From: Deltaproteobacteria bacterium
Lineage (GTDB): Bacteria; Myxococcota_A; JAADFL01
Length of the DNA stretch: 64,000 nucleotides
Assembly: GCA_013152945.1 (NCBI GenBank)
Contig: JAADFL010000193.1
Location: 1,991 to 65,990 of the forward strand
Reading direction: 5' to 3'
Part shown: in pieces, positions 10,901-19,957 of the stretch
How positions within the stretch are numbered: position 1 is the stretch's first letter
How the letters are laid out: each line of letters opens with the position of its first letter
Position numbers and translations under genes: made by a program
Notes under the pieces: generated by a model
The model's database searches: none
What the model was told of the DNA's origin: nothing
What the model saw: only the letters and a program-made list of their open reading frames with translations

Positions 10901-11095
10901 CCTGGTCACCAGGGTTTCTATGTCTTCCGGGCTCGCGCCGGTGTAGTTGACTATGACAGCCACCATTGGGAACTCGATATCCGGGTACAGGTCGAGTTGA
11001 AGCCTGGACAGGGAGAACAGGCCGAACCCCACGATGATGAGGTAGATCATCAAGAATGTAACGCCCCGCCTGACAGCAAGGGATGAAAGGTTCAT
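7976..11095 (-). CDS. RND efflux transporter permease (AcrB/CzcA family).
   Basis: The track ORF is 7976..11221. The true start is probably the internal ATG at 11095 (MNLSSLAVRRGVTFLMIYLIIVGFG...), which overlaps the MFP stop as ATGA. There are 12 TM segments and two large periplasmic loops; the length of about 1040 aa is typical of HAE1/HME RND pumps. Confidence 0.9.
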   Translation of the reverse strand: MNLSSLAVRRGVTFLMIYLIIVGFGLFSLSRLQLDLYPDIEFPMVAVIVNYTGASPEDIETLVTRPIEGAVSSAKGATEIHSTSKQGSSLVEVKFDWGKDMEQAETDVRRKIELIKRFLPDDAQEPIIFAFDPSLQPVVMMMITGPYPLDKLRQIAEKEVEPRLARVTGIASADTHGGLEREIHVVLDPNKVAAFGLDVNAVVGAVYRENTQVPGGSIEQGRLDFTIKTEGKYRSVEEIGDVVVGMKKGEYGPEPITLKEVARVEDTFYESRRILEVDDKPAVFMVVRKQSGANTVLAADNVMAALPGIKKATAADIDFKVVFNQADFIHQSLGNLSSTAMIGVVITFLVLLLFLKNMRSSLIVASAIPLSVIATFAVMDEAGMTLNILSMSGLALAIGMLVDNAIVVLENIFRLREEGVGGWDAAVRGAKEVGTAVTASTLTTVSVFVPILFVPGIAGVMFKDMAITICFSLTVSLIVALSFIPLSASRLLGSERAKRLLKRAREHDVFITLRERYGRTLDWTLSHRWVVGVGLLGILALTVLLAIMLPTEFVAEDDQSMLFISIETPVGNKLGETYKVFKEVEKKVKQVVKPEERRMIALDVGVGKDFAAFFSKGIHAGNIRVPLVSPDHRKRSQKELEDAVRKALSDVPGIKVTVAMPFNPMGGEGDIEVQIRGHDLDKSREIGLQLKDDLLKMPQMAAVNFSMEEKKPEVRIVFDRPKMARLGLSTAAVGSAVSAYFMGKLAGRYSEGGDEYDIIVRYAKKHRLNLDEIRSAPIVTPTGKVVPLENVAHITMDLGPVDITRLDQGRVTRLLCYLKASYKDKDGNEHRKDLGRSIAAVDKLLKSYPWPEDFSYYIGGTAEDFQTSFKYLGLALLISIFLVYMVMASQFESFRQPFIIIFTVPLAGIGVVLMFSLTGSTMDISSLVGVIMLVGIVVNNGIVMVDAANQFRQRGVGRVEAIAKAARIRMRPVLMTSLTTILAMVPLALEIGEGSAGWSGMAKAVIGGLLTATLFTLFVVPTMYTLFARKTVRPMVEEG

Positions 11096-12276
11096 TTGGC
11101 CCCACCTCCGGAAATATCCTCGGCCGGTTTGATTACCTTGACCTTTTGGCCGTCCTTCAACCTGTGCTGTCCCCTGATGACCACGTGTTCCCCGTCTTTC
11201 AGGCCATCCGTAACCTCCCAATAGTCGTTGTTCTGCATGCCCAGGGTAACGGTCCTCTGGTGGACCACATCGTTCTCCACTACGAACACCTTCCGCAGCA
11301 TGTGTCCCCTGGTTTGCTTTCCGAGCAATTTTTCATCAATAATCAGGGCCTGCTCGGGTACGACCAACACGTTTTTCCGCCTGGAAACAACGAACCTGGC
11401 CCTACCGTACATGCCGGGCTTGATCAATCTCTTGCCCGAGGCCTTGTCCTTGGGGTTTTCCAGGATCGCCTCGATGGTATTCGTCCTGGTGGCAGGATTT
11501 AGGTATGGAAAGATATTGATCACCTTTGCATTGAAGACCCTTCCCGGGTATGCATCCAGGACCACCTCCACGTTCATGCCTTCCTTGACCTTCGGCACAT
11601 CACGCTCCACCAGGTTTGTCCTTACCTTCAGCCTGTCCACCTGCATGATTACGCAGAGGGGTATCTGCGGGACCGCCATGTCACCCCTTTCGAGTCTTTT
11701 TTCTGCGATTATTCCGCTTATCGGCGCGTTTATCACTGCATTCCCGGCTCTTACCTCGAGCTGTCCCCTGCTTGCTTCGAGTGCCCGGCGCCGAGCCAGG
11801 GTGGAGAGATAGGATGTCTGTATCTTGTCGTAAGTGCTCTGGGTTATCACGCCGGCCTTGAGCAATTCCTTGGAGCGATCGAACTCACTCTTCAGGTTCT
11901 TTATCTGCACGTCCAAGGCATCGAGCTGGGCCAGGATCTGGTCCAGCCCCTTGTCCAATCCTTCCTTTCGAATTAGGGCGATCCTTTGGCCCCGCTTGAT
12001 CTCGTCGCCGTTGTTCCATGGGAAGTAAACTATGCGGTCCGGAATGGGCGAAAAGATCGTGACTTGCATGTAGGCTGTGATGTTTGCGGCATAGTCCAGT
12101 ATCTCGGCCACATCCTTACGCCTCACCTGGTCGATCATAACGCTCTTTACCTGCTCACCCTGCTCTTGCCCGGATTTCTTGTGGCAGCCGCTTGCGATTG
12201 AAAGAGTCATAGAACAGAGTAAGAGCACAAACATTTTTTTGACTTGCTTCTCCATCCGGATAATCTCCATTTTCAC
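11092..12276 (-). CDS. RND efflux periplasmic adaptor (membrane fusion protein), lipoprotein.
   Basis: 394-aa ORF with lipobox LSIASGC. It has the coiled-coil hairpin and barrel-sandwich features of the HlyD/AcrA family. Its start overlaps the PadR stop (ATGA) and its stop overlaps the RND start. Confidence 0.8.
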   Translation of the reverse strand: MKMEIIRMEKQVKKMFVLLLCSMTLSIASGCHKKSGQEQGEQVKSVMIDQVRRKDVAEILDYAANITAYMQVTIFSPIPDRIVYFPWNNGDEIKRGQRIALIRKEGLDKGLDQILAQLDALDVQIKNLKSEFDRSKELLKAGVITQSTYDKIQTSYLSTLARRRALEASRGQLEVRAGNAVINAPISGIIAEKRLERGDMAVPQIPLCVIMQVDRLKVRTNLVERDVPKVKEGMNVEVVLDAYPGRVFNAKVINIFPYLNPATRTNTIEAILENPKDKASGKRLIKPGMYGRARFVVSRRKNVLVVPEQALIIDEKLLGKQTRGHMLRKVFVVENDVVHQRTVTLGMQNNDYWEVTDGLKDGEHVVIRGQHRLKDGQKVKVIKPAEDISGGGAK

Positions 12277-12935
12277 TTTCCGGTCTTTGTTCGCCCCCTG
12301 GAATCCTTCTTTCCGGCTCTTGTTTCCCTCTTGGCATCTTTCTTTTCGTCTTTTCGATCCTGGAAAAGATCGAGGACATAGGAAACAAAATCCTTTTCCG
12401 CCTGTATGTGTCTCTTTGCAAACTCGTAGATCATGGAAACACCCAGCAAATCCTTCCCCTGTTCAAGAATTCCGGTCCGCTCGTCGAGCCCATGGATGCG
12501 TTTCAAACCACTGATTGATTCCTCCACTGCCTCAATCGATTTAAGGCGCCTTTTGAGCCCCAGCACACGCTGGTTCATGGATGTCTTGGACAGGTTTGCA
12601 AGAGCGACAAGGAAAGGGTTCCTCAACGGCTTCATTTCCGAGAGCAGGTCCACGATACTTACAGACAATGCAGAGAGCCCTTTCTCGTTTATCTCGTGTA
12701 TCTTACGGGTCGCCCCCTGTCCCTCGTGCTCGAAGCGGGTCGTTATCAACTCCTTGTCTTCGAGGGTTTTCAACACCCTGTAGATCGAGGAGAAGCTGAT
12801 GTCCGTCCACTCGGTGAGTCTTCTTTCCCTAATCTTCTCTTCCAGGCTATAGGCGTGAATCGGACCCTCGGAGATGAGACCGAGTATTACGATTTCCTTT
12901 TCAGACAAAGGTTCCTTTCCAGCCATTGAAACCAT
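12273..12935 (-). CDS. PadR-family transcriptional regulator with an extended C-terminal domain, first gene of the efflux operon.
   Basis: 220-aa ORF. LGLISEGPIHAYSL...IYRVLKTLEDKELI is the PadR winged-HTH signature. Translationally coupled to the MFP gene. Confidence 0.7.
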   Translation of the reverse strand: MVSMAGKEPLSEKEIVILGLISEGPIHAYSLEEKIRERRLTEWTDISFSSIYRVLKTLEDKELITTRFEHEGQGATRKIHEINEKGLSALSVSIVDLLSEMKPLRNPFLVALANLSKTSMNQRVLGLKRRLKSIEAVEESISGLKRIHGLDERTGILEQGKDLLGVSMIYEFAKRHIQAEKDFVSYVLDLFQDRKDEKKDAKRETRAGKKDSRGRTKTGK

Positions 12936-13114
12936 CCTCCAACCAATCGTGCAATAATATTCTCATGTGATAATATTCTTTGTCAAGAGTTTATTTTTAG
13001 ACAAGCGGAAAAATTGTAGAAAATTGGAACAGCCAAAAAGTGGTTGGACTGTCTTTTCATGTTGACGTACATTTCCAATCACGTAAATTGCGCGCCCCGA
13101 CTTTCAAGTTCTGA

Positions 13115-13175
13115 AAGGTGTGAAAAAATTTAGAGGTGTAAAATTGAGAGGTGTAAAATTGAGAGGTGTAAAATG
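13115..13175 (+). repeat. Tandem 15-bp direct repeat GAGGTGTAAAATTGA (3 perfect copies plus one degenerate), whose last copy supplies the SD and the ATG of the YitT gene.
   Basis: Read directly: aaggtgtgaaaaaattta / gaggtgtaaaattga (13133-13147) / gaggtgtaaaattga (13148-13162) / gaggtgtaaaATG (13163-13175). Each unit carries GAGGTG (SD-like) and TAAAAT (-10-like). Confidence 0.6.
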
Positions 13176-14048
13176 AAAGGCAAGCTGATGAGAAACGTCT
13201 TTGATTGGACCTCCATAATCATCGGATCTCTTGTAATGGCATTAGCATTCGACCTGTTCCTCGTGCCCAACAATGTAGTGCCGGGCGGTGTCACCGGAAT
13301 TGCCATGCTGTTGAACTACTGGTTCCATACGCCGATAGGCATGGTGACTGTTATCGCCAACATCCCGCTTTTCGGCCTTGGAATAAAGGTGCTGGGCAAA
13401 TCATACGGTATAAAATCCATTGCAGGCATGCTTCTTTCCTCAATCATGATCGATTTCTTTATGTACATCGTGCCTCTCGAGGCAGCCACACATGATCAAA
13501 TGCTTGCAAGCATATTCGGTGGAATCGTTCTCGGAGCGGGTCTGGGCCTGGTCTTCAGGGGTGGAGGCTCCACCGGTGGAGCCGACATAGTTGCCCAGGT
13601 CTGGGCAAAGTACTCCAACTTATCCACAGGCACGACCCTGCTCATAATCGACTTTGTCGTGATATCCGCCGCAGGCCTTGCGTACCACGGCTTCGAGACG
13701 GTCATGTACGGATACCTCAACCTGTATATCCACGCCAGGGTCGTGGATCTCGTGCTCGAAGGCGTCAGCTATACAAGAGCGGTCTTCGTAGTTTCCAAGA
13801 AAGCTGAAACAATCGCCGAAGAAATACTGGAACACATGAATCGCGGCGCCACGCTCCTTGCAGCCACGGGAGCATACTCGGGAATACACAGGAACATGGT
13901 ATTCTCGGTCATGTCCAAGAAGGAAATCGCCAGGGCAAGAGAACTTATCCGCGTTATTGATCCGGATGCCTTTGTCACTATTACCGATGTACACGAAGTC
14001 CTGGGACAAGGTTTCAGACCCAGGATGCCTACAGGCAGCGTGGTATAG
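13173..14048 (+). CDS. YitT-family membrane protein (DUF161 + DUF2179).
   Basis: 291-aa ORF. Multi-TM N-terminal part with GGVTGIAML and GGSTGGADI motifs typical of YitT/DUF161, plus a C-terminal soluble DUF2179-like domain. Confidence 0.7.
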   Translation: MKGKLMRNVFDWTSIIIGSLVMALAFDLFLVPNNVVPGGVTGIAMLLNYWFHTPIGMVTVIANIPLFGLGIKVLGKSYGIKSIAGMLLSSIMIDFFMYIVPLEAATHDQMLASIFGGIVLGAGLGLVFRGGGSTGGADIVAQVWAKYSNLSTGTTLLIIDFVVISAAGLAYHGFETVMYGYLNLYIHARVVDLVLEGVSYTRAVFVVSKKAETIAEEILEHMNRGATLLAATGAYSGIHRNMVFSVMSKKEIARARELIRVIDPDAFVTITDVHEVLGQGFRPRMPTGSVV

Positions 14049-14152
14049 ACATCACCATAACGCGCCATGTCACGTTGACAACCACTGCCAGCCAGTCTAT
14101 TTATAATTCGGCTCACGCTTTGTCGGGATTGGCCCGGCAGTGAGGAGATTGT

Positions 14153-15676
14153 ATGTCGGGCGGCTTTAGAAAGGAAACTACCAGGCAGCAATCCGGATCA
14201 AGAAGTATCAGTGAGCTGGATGACATTCAACTGGCTCTGCAAGAACGGCCGCATGTGAGCATCCGCGCCCGCATAACCGCTGTGTTCACCATACTCTTTT
14301 TGCTCATGTGCGCCGTTACCGTATCTGCTGTAATATTGCTGCAACGAGTCAGGCAAAAACACATATTCTTCGAAAAGGTCAGCAGCTTTGTTTTCGAAAT
14401 TCAGCAGGCCCGCCGCTTCGAGAAAAATTATTTCCTATACGGAACCAACCTGCATGATGCTATTGCAAACGTCCATGTGGCACGCGAGCAGTTCAAAAAA
14501 AACAAAAAAGATGTTCAGGCGGTAATCGGTGAAAAGAAACTGAATGCCATGTTCCAAAGCCTGGAAACGTACCAGGACAAACTCGAAAAACTCCTTGACA
14601 GGCACATGGAAGGCACGCAAAAAAATAAATTGGAGTCGGCTATTCGAAAATATGGCGCCCAAATCCTTGATGATGCGCAGGATACCATGGAACGTGAACG
14701 TGTGACCATTCACTCGATGCTCCAGGTTTCAACCATAGTAGCCCTGTCATTCCTTGGATTAATGGTGGTGCTACTCGTGGTTTTCGGGGGTTTCATTACC
14801 CAGGCGGTCCTGCGACCCCTGGGCCGCTTCATGCGGTATGCAGACCGGATAGGCAAAGGCGACTTCTCACCGATTACACCGGCCCGAAAATACAGGGACG
14901 AGTTCAGCATGCTTGCCATTGCAATGAACCAGATGTTGAGGGAGCTGTTACGCCGCCACCAGCAACTGATACAATCGGAAAAAATGGCCGTGGTAGGGAA
15001 CCTGACATCAGGCATCGCCCATGAACTCAACAATCCCCTGAACAATATCGGCCTGTCCGTGGAGTCTCTCCTGGACGGTTTCGAAGACTACCGTCCCGAG
15101 CAGGTAAGGCACATCCTGGAGCAGATTGCCACGCAGGTTGACCGGGCCAGCGGCACGGTCAGGAATCTTCTTGACTTTACCCGGAAAGAACAACAATTAC
15201 TGACATCACTGGATATTAACGAAGTGATAGAAGCTACTTTGAAATTAGTGGAGAACGAACTGAACCTGGCTGACATCGATCTTGAAAAAGACCTCGCATC
15301 CGGCCTTCCCAGGGTTTCAGGTAATCCCAGGGGCCTGGAACAGGTCTTTCTGAATCTTTTCCTCAACGCCATACAGGCCATGGGGGAACAGGGAAAGCTT
15401 AAGGTCCGTTCATACCGGGATGGAGAATGGGTCAAGGTCGATGTTTCAGACACGGGACCCGGCATTGAGGAGAAACACATGAAGCATCTGTTCGATCCCT
15501 TTTTCACGACCAAGGAACCCGGGAAAGGAACAGGTCTGGGCCTCTCGGTAAGCCAAGGCATCATCGATGAACACAAGGGCCGGATAACCGTATCCAGCAT
15601 CATGGGCCAAGGAACCACTTTCACAATCAACTTGCCTTTGGCGGCAATACAAGAAAGTTTGGAGAAAATGCCATGA
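14153..15676 (+). CDS. Sensor histidine kinase (2 TM helices, periplasmic domain, HAMP, HisKA, HATPase_c).
   Basis: 507-aa ORF. H-box IAHELNNPLNNIG, N-box LFLNAIQAM, G-boxes DTGPGI and GTGLGLS. TM helices at about aa 45-65 and 185-207. Confidence 0.85.
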   Translation: MSGGFRKETTRQQSGSRSISELDDIQLALQERPHVSIRARITAVFTILFLLMCAVTVSAVILLQRVRQKHIFFEKVSSFVFEIQQARRFEKNYFLYGTNLHDAIANVHVAREQFKKNKKDVQAVIGEKKLNAMFQSLETYQDKLEKLLDRHMEGTQKNKLESAIRKYGAQILDDAQDTMERERVTIHSMLQVSTIVALSFLGLMVVLLVVFGGFITQAVLRPLGRFMRYADRIGKGDFSPITPARKYRDEFSMLAIAMNQMLRELLRRHQQLIQSEKMAVVGNLTSGIAHELNNPLNNIGLSVESLLDGFEDYRPEQVRHILEQIATQVDRASGTVRNLLDFTRKEQQLLTSLDINEVIEATLKLVENELNLADIDLEKDLASGLPRVSGNPRGLEQVFLNLFLNAIQAMGEQGKLKVRSYRDGEWVKVDVSDTGPGIEEKHMKHLFDPFFTTKEPGKGTGLGLSVSQGIIDEHKGRITVSSIMGQGTTFTINLPLAAIQESLEKMP

Positions 15677-16602
15677 GCTTGTCCGTGTACCTGCCTGTGG
15701 CGGGGTGCTCGCTGAATATTTTCCTCCTCTTGGGCATGGGAGGCCTGGTAGGATTCCTGTCCGGTCTCTTCGGTGTAGGCGGCGGATTTCTCTTGACTCC
15801 ACTTTTGATCATGATCGGGGTTCCGCCGACCGTGTCCGCGGCTTCGGACTCGAACCAGATTGTCGCTGCATCCGCTTCAGGCACCTATGCACATTCCCGT
15901 GCCGGATCGGTCGATTTCAAGATGGGCTTGCTCTTGTTATTGGGCGGCGTGGCAGGCGGCTCGGTGGGAGTGATCATCATCAAGATGCTGCGTGCGCTTG
16001 GAGCAGCGGATTTCACCATCAAGGTCACGTACATTATCATGCTCGGCGGAGTGGGCGCATACATGTTCTTCGAAAGCCTGGGCAACCTGCGGGGAACGAG
16101 ACAGGCAAGAATTCCCTTCGAAGAGCCCAAACCATCGATTTATGCGCGCATAGTCGGTGCGCTGCCACTAAGAACAGAGTTCAAACGTTCAAGGGTAACC
16201 TTGTCGATACTTGTGCCGTTGTTGCTCGGCGTACTGGTCGGTATACTTGCGGCCATCATGGGCGTCGGCGGCGGATTCATCATGGTGCCGGTAATGGTAT
16301 ACCTGCTTCGCATGCCCATGCACGTAGTAGTGGGTACGAGCCTGTTCCAAATCTTGTTCACCTGCCTGAACGTCACTGTTCTCCAGGCATCGGTGAATCA
16401 CACGGTCGACATCCTTTTGGCGCTTATCCTTCTTATCGGTTCGGTAATAGGGGCGCAGCTCGGCGCCAAGGTCAGCCGGAGGCTCAAGGGAGACCAACTC
16501 AAGATCCTCATGGCGGTTATCGTCCTGGTTGTCATGGTCAAGATGCTCGTGGGCCTGTTGGTCGCCCCTGACATATTACTTGCGTACCGGGGAGGTCATT
16601 GA
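15673..16602 (+). CDS. TauE/SafE-family (DUF81) sulfite/organosulfonate exporter-type permease.
   Basis: 309-aa ORF. Two internal repeats each with GVGGG (GLFGVGGGFLLTPLL and IMGVGGGFIMVP), the hallmark of DUF81. ATGA overlap with the kinase gene. Confidence 0.8.
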   Translation: MSLSVYLPVAGCSLNIFLLLGMGGLVGFLSGLFGVGGGFLLTPLLIMIGVPPTVSAASDSNQIVAASASGTYAHSRAGSVDFKMGLLLLLGGVAGGSVGVIIIKMLRALGAADFTIKVTYIIMLGGVGAYMFFESLGNLRGTRQARIPFEEPKPSIYARIVGALPLRTEFKRSRVTLSILVPLLLGVLVGILAAIMGVGGGFIMVPVMVYLLRMPMHVVVGTSLFQILFTCLNVTVLQASVNHTVDILLALILLIGSVIGAQLGAKVSRRLKGDQLKILMAVIVLVVMVKMLVGLLVAPDILLAYRGGH

Positions 16603-16603
16603 A

Positions 16604-17359
16604 ATGTCTGCCTGGTTATTTCTTCATTCGGTCATGTTCCTGGCAACTTCGGCCAATGCCGGCGACTTTACCGTAAATCCCGGAACAGTCCAGGTCGGAC
16701 TATTTTTCAACGGCGCCGATATTAGGGTCACGGCCGAGGTCCCGGCAGGCACAGGCGTAGCCGTGGAGATAAGCGGCCGTGAAAACCCGGTCAACCTGAA
16801 AAAAAAGGGCAAAGTCTTGGGCCTGCTGTGGATGAACGTAGGCGATGTAAAAATAGAACATGCACCGGAATCCTATCTGCTCGAGTCATCTTCAGAACTA
16901 AACAAGCTTGCTCAAACAGACGAATTGATTCGCCTGGACATGGGAAGACCCGGCTTGCACGACAAGTTATTGGCAAACGGAGAACCAGCAGACAAAGCCT
17001 TGTTCAGGGAATTTTTCAAACTCAAAGCTTCCGGGGGACTGTATGCCATACATCAGGGCCGGTTGAATCTTGAAAAGACGAAAAATCCTTCCATGGAAAA
17101 AGTAACGGCAATATTTCACTTGCCTGCGAAGATACCGCTCGGCAATCACCAAATCCGTGTAATCGATTTCAATAACGGGCACGGCGAGGTAATATATTCC
17201 GGATCACTTGCGGTCGAAAAGGTCGGTCTTGCTCGATGGATAACCCATGTCGCGTATAATCACGGCCTCTTGTATGGTATCAGCGCCGTTGTAATTGCCC
17301 TGATAGTGGGGCTGATTACGGGTTACCTTTTCAGCCTGGGCTCCAAGGGCGCCCACTAG
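16604..17359 (+). CDS. Exported hypothetical protein with N-terminal signal peptide and C-terminal TM anchor.
   Basis: The track ORF starts at 16529. The ATG at 16604 follows the TauE stop by 1 nt, has a GGGGAGG RBS, and gives MSAWLFLHSVMFLATSANA (signal peptide). The C-terminus AVVIALIVGLITGYLF is a TM helix. Resembles DUF81-associated periplasmic partners. I cannot name the family with confidence. Confidence 0.5.
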   Translation: MSAWLFLHSVMFLATSANAGDFTVNPGTVQVGLFFNGADIRVTAEVPAGTGVAVEISGRENPVNLKKKGKVLGLLWMNVGDVKIEHAPESYLLESSSELNKLAQTDELIRLDMGRPGLHDKLLANGEPADKALFREFFKLKASGGLYAIHQGRLNLEKTKNPSMEKVTAIFHLPAKIPLGNHQIRVIDFNNGHGEVIYSGSLAVEKVGLARWITHVAYNHGLLYGISAVVIALIVGLITGYLFSLGSKGAH

Positions 17360-17371
17360 GACGAGTTTGAT

Positions 17372-19927
17372 TTGTCGATTTGGAACAAAATATTTTCTTC
17401 ATCGCATCCAGGTGAAGTCCATGAACACGGCATCCGTTACCGTCTGGAACGCTTCCAGGAGATTGTCCGGCGCAACAACCGGGTGCTGGAACGGATAGCC
17501 GATGCAAGTGAAAAGCTGGGTGGAGAATACATATTCGACGTCCAATACCTCCATGATTTCGTAGACAGACTGGGAGACGATGTCAGGGCCATCGCCCTTG
17601 CTCTTAATGAACTGACAGGCAACCGGTATCAGGAATTACTGCGCATAGTCAGTTCAATCAACGACAACCTGCGTGCCGTCCTCGAATCCAGGACCGTAGC
17701 CCCTGAATCCGAAATCGTGTTGAGACTCGACCGGATTGGAACCGAACATGCCGACGTCACAGGATCCAAAATGGCCCGGCTCGGAGAAATCCAGCGAATA
17801 CTCGGGCTCACCACTATGCCGGGCGTGGTGGTAACCGCGTCCGCATGCACCCAATTCTTGGAATCCGCCGGGCTGGAACCCTTGATAACGGCTATGCGGA
17901 ATACGAACGGTGAAGAACTCTTCGAACTTGCCGGGGAACTCCGCAATCAAATAATACACGCCGATGTCCAAAAATGGCTGCAAAAGAAGCTCAGGCGCTC
18001 GGTCAGGGCAATATCAAAACGCTTCCATACTCAATACCTCTCGGTTAGAAGCAGCGCAATAGGCGAAGATGAAGACCTTGTATTCGCAGGTCAGTACCTC
18101 ACCGAACTCGGGGTACGGCCGGAGGAGATATGTGATGCATATCGAAAGGTCGTTGCCAGTCTTTATGACAGGCATGTCATGGAATACCGTATCCGGCACA
18201 GCCTTCCACCCGCCGACGGATTGATGGCGGTAGGCATCCAGGTGCTTCTCCAGCCGAAATGTTCAGGCATAATCTATACATTGGATCCTACCAATCCTGA
18301 CAGGGATGTTATCCTGGTTTCCTCAGGTTTCAGCCTCGGCGCATCCGTAGTGGATGGCAGTGCGCCGGTGGATCGTTTTATTATCGACCGCAATCCACCT
18401 CATCATATACTGGAAAGTCATATTGCCGAGAAGACCACCGAATGTGTAATCAACGAGTCGGGTGGAACTATTGTCAGGGAGATCGAACCCGAACGCCGCA
18501 AGATTCCAACGCTCGAACCGGGACAACTTCAGAACCTGTGCAGGCAGGCCTTGAAAATAGAACGCCACATGCGGTGCGCCCAGGATATCGAGTGGGCCAT
18601 GGATGAAAAGGGGCGAATATTCATACTCCAGTCCCGCCAGTTGAAAGTAACCCACATCGAGCAAAACAACTTGAATATCATGGGTCCTATTTCTCACGAG
18701 GTGTTGCTCAAGGATTTGGGAGAAGTCGCTTGTAGAGGGGTGGGATTCGGCCGGGTATGGATCGCGGATAACAGGGAAGAGAACGCGGAAGACAATGAAA
18801 TGCCGGACCATGCTGTTCTCGTATCCAGGACCGCTTCGCCGAAGCTTGCAGCCCTTCTGCCACGAGCATCCGCCCTTTTGACCGATTATGGGACCACGAC
18901 GGGTCACCTTGCCACTGTTGCCCGGGAGTACCGCATTCCTGCAGTCGTGGATACCGGGGCAGCCTCCCGGATACTCGAAGACGGCCGGATGGTCACTGTG
19001 GACACGGAAGAAAACATGGTCTATTCGGGGAAGGTACAAGAGCTGATAAAAAAACAACTGCTGCAGGCATCGTCGTACGAAGACAAGAAAGAATTCCGCA
19101 TGTTGCGCAGGCTGCTGCGAAACATTGCGATCCTGAACTTGAGTGACCCGACCTCGCCGGATTTCAAGGCCCAGAACTGCCGCACCTACCACGACATCAT
19201 CCGCTTCGCCCATGAAATAGCAGTCCAGGAGTTGGCCACGGGAAACTGGCTCCGTTCGAATCGCCGGTGTAATGCTGTTTTCCGCCTTGATATAGACATC
19301 CCGATAGACCTGGTAATCATCGATCTCGGAGGCGGTATAAAGGCCACCCCGAGAAAAACAGTGGTTACATCTCAGCATATCCTGAGCCGTCCCCTGACCG
19401 CCCTGCTGGCCGGAATGACATTGGAAGGTGTTTGGAAAACCGAACCGGCCGACATGGACCTGGGAGGTTTCATGTCCAGCGCGACTCGAACGACTGCTTT
19501 AACAGGGCCCGAGGCGGCGCGCCCTGAACAGAACGTGGCCATTGTTTCAAACGACTACCTGAACATGAGTCTCAAGCTCGGATACCACTTTAACCTCGTC
19601 GATTGCCTGATGAGCGACAACGCGGAAGACAACTTCATATATTTCCGCTTCGCCGGGGGTGTAACCGAACTGTTACGCCGTTCCCGAAGGGCATTGCTTC
19701 TCAGAGAAATCCTGGAGCACTATGATTTCGTAGTCGAGGGCAAGGGAGACCTGGTAATTGCACGATTGAAGTTCCTGGACTTGACACGGATGCAAAAGAA
19801 ACTTGAAATGATAGGCCGATTGATCGGCTTTACCCGGCAACTCGATATTCACCTGCGCAGTGACGACCTGGTAAGGCATTATATACAAGAGTTCCTTGCC
19901 GGCTCTGAAATGCCGTCAAGCAGCTAA
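17372..19927 (+). CDS. PEP-synthase/pyruvate-phosphate-dikinase-like enzyme: PPDK_N ATP-grasp domain and phosphohistidine swivel domain, with a non-canonical C-terminal domain.
   Basis: 851-aa ORF. SVRSSAIGEDEDLVFAGQ...MAVGIQVLLQPKCSGIIYTLDP matches the PPDK_N nucleotide-binding domain. TDYGTTTGHLATVAREYRIPAVVDTG matches the PEP-utilising mobile His domain (catalytic His present). The last 290 aa do not look like the PEP/pyruvate TIM barrel. Confidence 0.7.
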   Translation: MSIWNKIFSSSHPGEVHEHGIRYRLERFQEIVRRNNRVLERIADASEKLGGEYIFDVQYLHDFVDRLGDDVRAIALALNELTGNRYQELLRIVSSINDNLRAVLESRTVAPESEIVLRLDRIGTEHADVTGSKMARLGEIQRILGLTTMPGVVVTASACTQFLESAGLEPLITAMRNTNGEELFELAGELRNQIIHADVQKWLQKKLRRSVRAISKRFHTQYLSVRSSAIGEDEDLVFAGQYLTELGVRPEEICDAYRKVVASLYDRHVMEYRIRHSLPPADGLMAVGIQVLLQPKCSGIIYTLDPTNPDRDVILVSSGFSLGASVVDGSAPVDRFIIDRNPPHHILESHIAEKTTECVINESGGTIVREIEPERRKIPTLEPGQLQNLCRQALKIERHMRCAQDIEWAMDEKGRIFILQSRQLKVTHIEQNNLNIMGPISHEVLLKDLGEVACRGVGFGRVWIADNREENAEDNEMPDHAVLVSRTASPKLAALLPRASALLTDYGTTTGHLATVAREYRIPAVVDTGAASRILEDGRMVTVDTEENMVYSGKVQELIKKQLLQASSYEDKKEFRMLRRLLRNIAILNLSDPTSPDFKAQNCRTYHDIIRFAHEIAVQELATGNWLRSNRRCNAVFRLDIDIPIDLVIIDLGGGIKATPRKTVVTSQHILSRPLTALLAGMTLEGVWKTEPADMDLGGFMSSATRTTALTGPEAARPEQNVAIVSNDYLNMSLKLGYHFNLVDCLMSDNAEDNFIYFRFAGGVTELLRRSRRALLLREILEHYDFVVEGKGDLVIARLKFLDLTRMQKKLEMIGRLIGFTRQLDIHLRSDDLVRHYIQEFLAGSEMPSSS

Positions 19928-19957
19928 GGACCTGTTAAGGTGGTGTTGGAGGAAAAA

